Assembly: GCF_001949145.1 (NCBI RefSeq)
Contig: NW_019091357.1
Span: 248,001 to 312,000 of the forward strand
Reading direction: 5' to 3'
DNA length: 64,000 nucleotides
DNA from: Acanthaster planci
Lineage: Eukaryota
Position 1 is the stretch's first letter; each line of letters starts with the position of its first letter. Below the pieces are notes generated by a model, which was given only the letters and a program-made list of their open reading frames with translations, searched no databases and was not told where the DNA came from. Position numbers and translations under genes: made by a program. Shown in pieces: positions 51,721 through 64,000 of this stretch.

Positions 51721-54124
51721 CATGCTTGCAAGTGCCCACGCTTCTTGGATACCTGTGGTGCTGGCTTTAAATGGTATTGCAGAGCAAACAGTCTTCACCA
51801 AAAAAAGATGTCCCTTCAAGAGATCTACTAGCTTACACTGCATACCTTAGATCCCAAACCCAATCCCAGGCCACAGTAATTTGCACATAAATGTTGAATG
51901 TAAACATTGGTTACGCTTGAAGTATAGAAAGCACTGCAATATGTCAGGTGAGTGAGGTTTTATATTGCATATGTGAATACTGTACAGTTTCTTGAAACAA
52001 AAGCTTTTTCTTTATTTATTGATTGATTGATAACCTGAATCGTGAGTTTACCTCGGCCAGTGTACAGAAGTTTTGTGAGTATTGAGTTGTGTCATTTCTT
52101 CAGTCATTTTTTTCAATTTTGCATTTGCTTGGCGGAAAGCTTTAATGAGGCTGTCAACACATATTCTAAAGATATTCCTCCAGCAATAAATAGGACAAAT
52201 TAAGATTTTCAGGAATCCAGCATGTCTCGGCAAAGAATTTCAAAATTACAACTTAGAAAATAACAACAATCTGTTGTCTTTTTATTGCAATGTTTTATTA
52301 CACCTTGTATATCAACGACGAACAAACCTGTAAATAAAAGGTTTTGCAATGCTCAGTCCAGTATACTGTGCATTGCATTGCATGGCATGCAGTACTTTTT
52401 AAACACAAGATATCCGTCCACCTTAAGTAGGGTTGACCTTTATGGTTTTCTTTCCTTGCCATAGAAAATTTCAATTACCCAGCATTTTACATAAGTTAAC
52501 GTCTATTGTGCTTGTTTATCTTTGATCATAAGAGCTCAGGAGCTACTGGTGCCATTTTTTTAAAGTGCCGCTGTGCGGCGATGTAATTTCTACATCAACA
52601 ATGAAAACTTCTTGTGCTCCTATTTTTAAAGCAGCAGTCTTTTAGCTTGACTTTCTTTACACTCTCCATGTCTTTTGATACTAAAGAAATGCCCGTCATA
52701 CCAGTGGCTCTTAAATGCTTGTAATACTTCCAAAAATTGCAAGTAGACACCGTTGATTTATTTGAATTCTGGTGTGTTATGAGTGTTTTATGAACTTGGT
52801 TTATGGCCAAAAAGTTGGGCCTTGGTCCAGTATATTTGAGCAGAGAAGTCGTTACACACTTGCGTAGTTCATGCAAAACGGCTTTTATATTTCATGCAAC
52901 ATTTAGCAACATTTACACAACAAATACATCTGCCATATTGGATTTAATATGAAAATTATTCTCAACAAGCCCTCAAGAGATGTAGTTTTCTGGAAACTGA
53001 TTTTTGACAGTTGAGCTTTTACAAGCTCTTTCAGGACCAGATTCCATGGAGGAAAATGAACAGAATTCAAATCTTCATTTGCATTCACAACAAAACTGAC
53101 GTTGTAAATTTTATACAATTGTATTTGCTGAGAATAACGTAAATGTACTTGAATTTTTAATCATTGTACTGCCTTATGACACATTTTAAAATTTCACTTT
53201 TTATTTAAAGCAAATTATAAAAATTCATGTTTCTCATAACATCTTATCTATTTTAGTTTGTCACCTTGTTTGTTGCTTTTTTTGACAATACTGTTAGCCT
53301 TGTTTGCAGATGGCAAATGGCATGTTTCATAAGTTGAAGAATGTTCCTGTTGACCGTTAACTTTGCAAGTTGCAAAATCTCAACACATACAAACACGAAA
53401 TGAAGGAAGAATGTTGGAAATTATTTTAAAAATGTCAGATGCATCATTAAAAAAAGCTGTTTACGTCACAGATATACATAAATATATATCGTCTTGAGAA
53501 GGCACACATTAAAGTTCTGACAATCAAACAAGCTTAATTATTGAATTCTTCAATAACAAAATGCACAGAATTATTTCATATATTTCCTCTGCATCAAGCA
53601 TTTCTCTGAATACAAAACCTTGCAAAAGGCAAACGGTGTTAAATTTGTTAACTTGGACGGATTAGGGAACTCACCACTGGCTGAATTGTTTCAATGCCCA
53701 AATATATGGCTGCATTGCATATATCATACAGAGTATAGCCAGTTTCTATTTGAAGAAACATCCTGCTGCCTGCTCTGAATGTTCTCATTTTATTGGTCCT
53801 ATTCCCAACATTGCTTTAAAAACCTAGTTTCTGAAACTCAGAAAAGCTGCGTGTTGCCTCCAACATGAATTCAGAATTCTAAATGACATCAAACTGGGCA
53901 CCAGATAACTGGAATCCAAATTTGTGAAAGGAATTTTCTCATTAAGTGGAGCAATCCTCACAGCACTTGAAAATATTCAAACTTTCCAATTACGTTCTTT
54001 TGATTAAAGTCACCTTAATCAGAATGTGCCAAACGTCACACATTCACAAACAGTCCCTCCTTACAATGGCTTGCAGGCAGGTGTTGCATATCTTGACAAC
54101 CTGATGCAGACAGGCCTCTCCTGT

Positions 54125-58145
<4,021 letters not shown>

Positions 58146-59154
58146 GTTGTCAGGATACTGGTTCAATCTGATCCGTGCTAATGTTTGAATTCAACTTGAT
58201 CAACCAGGCATTTTCCAATAGAAGATACACATCCACTCCAACGTGATCAGAGACACGGTTTGAGGTAAAAATGAAGAAGTTAATGGACTAGCATCCCTTG
58301 TCTCTTGGATCCGTCACTCATTTTGGCAACCGTAGTCTAGGTGACTTGACCGTACACACACTTAAATTAGCCTGTCCACTGTAGGTGTTCACTCCTGAAT
58401 CTGAAGAAGAAAATCATGTGATCAGTTCTGTTGATTACCATTATTTTCTGAAATTTTCTAACATTTTCTAAAATAACTAGGCCTACTGGTAGCCTTAGGC
58501 CTAAATGATAAAACAGAATCTTTCACAACCGTGAATCTGAATTATTGACAAACCCTGCAAATCAACATCAACTACGGTTAGGCCTAGGGTGTAATTACTA
58601 CAAAAAGACTGAGCAATCCCACGTATTAACCAATCATGCCTTAAATTTAGTACTCTGCCATGTCTGCACCAGTGTAGTGTAGTGTTTCTAGTGTAGTCAC
58701 CAACTTTGCAATCATGACCGTCATGACTTGATGTCATGACTGTAGTTTTGACACTAAACATCGTGCACTAGGCCTACACTGTTCACATGGTTATGCATCA
58801 CTGGTGCCTTGAAAAGCTGTTCATTGTTAATGTTATTTTTATTTAGTTACATAGAATGCACAAAAATTTACTGGAGCATATGATCCTAGTGATAGGCCTC
58901 CCCTCGCTCTAACTCCAACTCCATTTCATCATCGACAAAACATAAAGAAGGAATCATGCATAGTTACAGGGCGGCCCTAGGCCTAAAAAATGTTAAGGCA
59001 TCATGCATGGCGAATAGTGACAAGGCCTAGGCATATCAATGTCTGATGTTAGTTACGCTGCCTTTTTCTGAGTTTAAATTATTCAGGTCCACATCGTGCA
59101 ACAAGTTAGCACAATTATGAATTAACGACGAAAGATCTCCGAGTCCTCAGATTA

Positions 59155-59601
59155 CCTTTTAATTTTACCTCTGATGCAACAGGTAGCTGGTATGCAAAAC
59201 GTAAATTTTTAAAATCTTCCTGTCCATAAATACACATGCATCTTCGGTGCTCGTTAAAATTTCACAGCACCTGCACCGTGTTAATAGCATATACGCACAT
59301 TGCACGTCGCTGTGTTACGCCGGTGAACTGTCACGTGATACAATGTCAACGTTGCTACGGAAATAGCCATTTCTTCTTAATTGTCGTATAAGTACAGATA
59401 TTTGAACAAAATACCTCTTCGTACACACTATTTCATCTTGAATTACCCTTTAGTAGTAAGGAAAAATATGATTAATTTCAGTCAATAACAAGTTTTTAAT
59501 CTTGCGAAAGAGGATAACAGAATAAAGCTGGTTACTATTTTTTTATGTATGAAGAACCGGGTACGTGACAAGATACCAGTAATGCTATCGTGGCGAGCAA
59601 G
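59155..59601. promoter_or_regulatory. Compact bidirectional promoter region PPP1R42/PREB
   Basis: A minus-strand donor (aag|gtaat, ~59155) faces the PREB ATG at 59602. Between them are E-box gtcacgtga (~59330) and X-box-like gttgctacggaaat (59351-64). A YY1-like caagatggcg overlaps the PREB start. Confidence 0.55.
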
Positions 59602-62600
59602 ATGGCGACACACTTAGCCGATTTAGATTTTCCTCCGTATGTCATAAAATGCGTCGACGAAACTCACTTTCTTGTCGCAGGAGGAGGCGGACACGCCAGA
59701 ACTGGAGTTCCAAATTTTATAGTAAGTCGTCATTTGTGAAAACCATAATTTTTTTACCAAGTTACAGGCATTTTGGGAGTTAGGCCTATTTGTTTTTAAT
59801 TTAAGAGTAAATGGTAACGAAGCGTTTATGTGTACCGAAATGCTTTTATTTTCGACACCATGTATCATGGAGCCTATCGATATCATGCCTGTGTTAATGT
59901 TATGAACTTGTGGTGTTGGGGTACACGGACTTGTACTTTGTAGGCTAAACTAGTCTGAGTAACTTTGACTCGCCTTTTAACTCTTGGACATGGTGAGGCG
60001 ATTAACAGATATAATACTATTGATAGGCATGATAGGCATGGGCATATAGCACTGGTAGTGGTACTACTTTAGGCCTAGCTCGACCTGGGGTCTGTCTAGT
60101 ACTAGTACATAATAAGGAAAGAGTTCCATAGGCCTAGGCTTACTTATTAGTAATTAACAATAATAGGCCTTCACTTACTCGGACATGTCGGACTGTCGCA
60201 GCTATTAAACACATATGGAAGTCTTGGAAAGAAAGGTGATCCTGATGCCACTTGCTTGGTTGATTATACACCAAAATCTTATCTTTCTTATTGGGCACGT
60301 TTTTAGGGAGGTCAATATTTGTCCTAATTTGGTAATCATCTGGCTTTTTATTGTTTATATTTGGTGACAAGGAAATCTTTGAATTGCAAAGGAGAGGGCG
60401 ACGCTTGTTTGCAGACAGCAAATTGCAGTATGACACGGATGTAGGCGAGGACAGGGCTGCCATTATGAATGCTGCCCTAAGGTTAGCCCAAGGATTTCCT
60501 TAAAAGCAGTTTTACTAATTACTGTCAACACACTGTCAACAGTACCATCAACATGTCACACTGTCAACACCTCTGAAATACATGGTATAGCCCGAGTTCC
60601 GTTAGAAGGCAAAGTGGCGGTCAACGACTAGACTGCTTAGAGATAAATTTTTTGTGTGTGAAAATACTCCATTTTCAAAGTTGGAATGTAACCCAAAAAT
60701 TCTTGTTAGCAAATATTAAAGTTCTGTGCCTCTTAGCTGAATTTTACTGAATTTTGGACGTGTTGACGTTGAATAGCAAGACCCTACAAAAGTGTCTGTC
60801 TGAACACAGCAACTCTGTCTGTGGAATTGGAATTTCAACCATCACTTCTTTCATTGGGTCAGTTTTGCCTGTCAAGGGCATAACCAAGGGCAGATTCAGA
60901 ACCAAATTTTTTTTGTGGGGGTGGGACCAAATTTTTTTTTGGGGGGGGAAGCAAAAATATTTTAACGTAGCCTGGTATTGCATATCGTAGGGTAGGGGCT
61001 ACACTTTGGGGTTTTTAGAAGAAAGAGAAATGAAATGGGCCAAAGACATCACTGTATTTATCACTCTCCCCCCCAATATTCATGTGTAAGGTTTACACAG
61101 CCTTATATTAGTATGTAATATTTCTTTGCAGTTTATTGGTTATTGGTTTGTTCGTCTCTCAGATTTGACGGCAAAGAGTATCTTCTGGCAGCAGGAAAAG
61201 ATGAAAAATGCCAATTTTACAAGTTTGTCAAAACAAAAGAAGCAATGAAAGAGGGCGAAGAGGAGCCAAAACCCAACCAGACATCTAACAATGGGAATGA
61301 CACAGGTTACTAGACTTAGTAAATGGTCTCATGATAACCAAGATTATCCGAACACTCGCTTCATGCAGTGTCATTCAGTGTTGTGTTGGGTGAAATCCTC
61401 TTCATGGAATTGCAGCATTAGGTCTGCATGTGTGGAAATGGTCTCCAATTATGAATAATGAAAAAAAGCAACATGACCAGAATTCGTATTCCTTTGAGTC
61501 CAAATTGCATACAGTGCTTGCTTGAATTCCAACCTCCAACTTTATCTAATGACTTCAGTTAGGCACCTGATATTTTCTCCCTAAAAGAAAAAGCTCGAGT
61601 AAATGTGTGTAATTTATAATAAATATGGATCTGAAGTTTTAGATTCAATTTTCTGAGCTTGACATTTTATAGAAGGCCTGTACTTCTGAACTTGTATTTG
61701 TAGGTAGCACAAGAAAACGCAAGAAAGCAAAAGAAGCCAAGCAGACTGCAGACAGCAATAAATCCAAAGAGAGTACTACCAAGTCAGAGAAGACTTCCTC
61801 ACAGGAACCAGCTGTAGTTGTCACCAAATTTGACCTCGAGAGATTAGGATCGGTTCAGACAGATTTCACAGATGGAGACAAATATCAGAAAGCAGTTTGC
61901 TTCTCACCGAACGGAATGTTTTTTGCCACTGGAGGCGCAGACGGACATGTCAGAATGTGGTCTGTAAGTTACAGTCTTGTATGCTAAGCAAGATAAGGGA
62001 TGGAGGGTAACCCCCCTTACCTGTCAAGTCCCTATACACACTCTAGACTATTGTTGCCAAACATATCCCCCTAGAAGTCTGTAAAGAATTCCTGAGATTC
62101 CGATCAAACAATGACCAACACAAAGGCTGCTTCAAGTGTAGTATTGCTATGGTTGAAGGTTCATTTGTGGTAAAACTGCTTCCAAATGTAGGAGTTTGTT
62201 ATCTCAAAATCAATTTTTGAGCTGTTAGCCAGGAATTGTTTTGACAGTTGTACTTTTTGCTACTGAGAATTATTAAGCAGGAAAGTGACTGATAAATCTG
62301 GATAAAAATCCAGGGAAGGAAAGTATCAAATTGTGTTCTAAAATTTTTGACTAAAAAGTCAAATGTGAGTTTAATACCAAAATACATGTACACGTACCTC
62401 CAAAAGATACCTTATTCATTTTTTGATCTGCATTCCATCACAGTATCCATCATTTGAGAAACAGTACGAGATAAAAGCTCACTCCAAAGAAGTGGATGAT
62501 ATTATCATAAACCCTCTAGGAAACAGGGTAAGTTTTTGACGTCTCCTTTGTACTTCTCTGTTTATAGCGAACAATCCTGTCTATTTTATGCAACAAAGGC

Positions 62601-63847
62601 GGAGTTCAGGATTAATGCTTTCCCGGGACAGCAAGATGATTGCAGTAACCAATTGCCAATCCATTACCAAATTTTAAGGGGGGAGGGGGTCAAACTTGTT
62701 AGGGGTCAAATAAATTCAGAAATTTTTGCATGTAACCTTTTATGGTCTTTCTGAGGGGTGAAGCTCCATTTTGGGGCTTTTTACACACTCTATGAAGAAA
62801 GGGATATGAAATTTACTGTCCATTATTTTTCCCCCTAAAAATCTGCCCGTTGTCTCTTTTTTTGCCCTCCCCCCAGATCAGCCCATGAAAATGATTGTTT
62901 TTTTTCATAAATTTTTGCATGCTGTTTTTAGCTGGTATCTGTGTCCAGAGACTCAACAGCCATCGTATGGAAAACAGTGGATGGCAGCAAAATGTGCGAT
63001 CTGAAATGGGATGGGGTAAAGGCTGAGCAGACTACCAGTTACAGAGTTAGGTGCTGTAGGTAGGTTGAGGGTGTTGGGAACCAGTTGAATCTGCACTAGA
63101 ACTGAATGTGTTGTGTCCAGTTTTCAAATGTATGCTCTTGTATTCACAAAGTTTGATTTCAAGAAGAGACGAATGAAATATCAGTTGTTATGCTCCTCTC
63201 TGTCAGGTTTGGCTTTATTGATAGCGACCCCAGCAAGTCCAACATGTACACCATCCACATCCCTCGCATCCAGGGCAAGACGAAGTCTTCTTACCTCACT
63301 CGATGGAATGCCATCAAGTACACACCAGAAAAGACCGTTTGCACGGGAACTGATGTCTTGTCAGCTTTGAATATTAGGTGAGTTAAAGTTGGCATCTGTA
63401 AGTGTGACAAGCTAGATGTGAATAGTATTACTGTTTCCTAAATTATCCTTCTGAAATGTCTTACATAAAAGATGGAACATTTTCAAGACCATAAAACTCA
63501 TCACAATTATAATATCATTGTTCCACAGACAGAAACTGGTAAGGTTCATTAGTAATCAACTTTTGATGGACAAAGAAAACCAACTGATGTTGGGTTTAAA
63601 CCTGCTACATGTACCTTTGAAATTTCACATCTGTGTGGATATTTTAATACACATTTGAAATTTTCTTTGGCCCAATAATGAGCATTATGAAAGACCATGT
63701 CCTCATCAGTCACTAGAAATAGTTTTATATATAAATCAATTACTAATAATTTGCCCTCCTTTTTCCCGTGACAGTCACAGTGGTAATCTGGTCGGTCTAG
63801 GCACAATGTCTGGCTCCATTGGCGTCTATATCTCCTTCAGTTTGCAG
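59602..63847 (+). CDS. PREB: Prolactin regulatory element-binding protein / SEC12 (Sar1 GEF, WD40), 5' part; continues beyond the window
   Basis: Exons 59602-59721, 60372-60481, 61163-61305, 61704-61963, 62444-62527, 62932-63059, 63207-63377, 63775-63847. Sec12 K-loop VAGGGGHARTGVPN, ATGGADGHVRMW, AHSKEVDD, GLGTMSGSIGVYISFSLQ. Confidence 0.92.
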
Positions 63848-64000
63848 GTAAGCTTGCTATGACATGTACTACATGTGCAGAAATGCAAGCCTTGCGTACA
63901 GTGTGTTTATGCTCTTATTCATTCATCACTTTTTTTCATCAATTTTTTCAGTTTGTTGAAGCATTGGAGTTCTTTTCTGGATGGCTTTCAGTTTTCTTCA

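Noticed and set aside
60754..60990. 78-aa ORF as a PREB exon
   Set aside because: PREB exons 60372-60481 and 61163-61305 already join in phase with family-like sequence. This ORF has no recognisable motif.

Overview
Eukaryotic, intron-rich, AT-rich animal DNA, most likely a marine invertebrate. I cannot name the species. There is one 411-N scaffold gap at 23085-23495. Hand-splicing the exons gives six complete spliced genes: NSMCE1 (+), TMEM14 (-), a HAD-family phosphatase (+), VHL (-), a ~29-exon AHI1/Jouberin (+) and PPP1R42 (-). The 5' part of PREB/SEC12 (+) runs off the right edge. An intronless, bacterial-looking DUF985/cupin_5 gene (-) lies next to a decayed tandem paralog. The first ~9 kb has no identifiable CDS and looks like the 5' introns of a minus-strand gene lying mostly outside the window. 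Introns and spacers carry many MITEs, tRNA-type SINEs, a 21-bp minisatellite and local duplications. The best leads are: (1) the cupin, which belongs to the family of yeast Cff1p (needed to make the AI-2 mimic MHF) and may be horizontally acquired; (2) a uORF-laden, structured 5' leader on the neighbouring HAD phosphatase; (3) an in-frame 72-nt duplication across the VHL stop codon, plus a GC-rich multi-hairpin element downstream; (4) a 21-nt UGC-flanked microexon and a repeat-built C-terminal tail in AHI1. Exon boundaries were read by eye and no searches were run.
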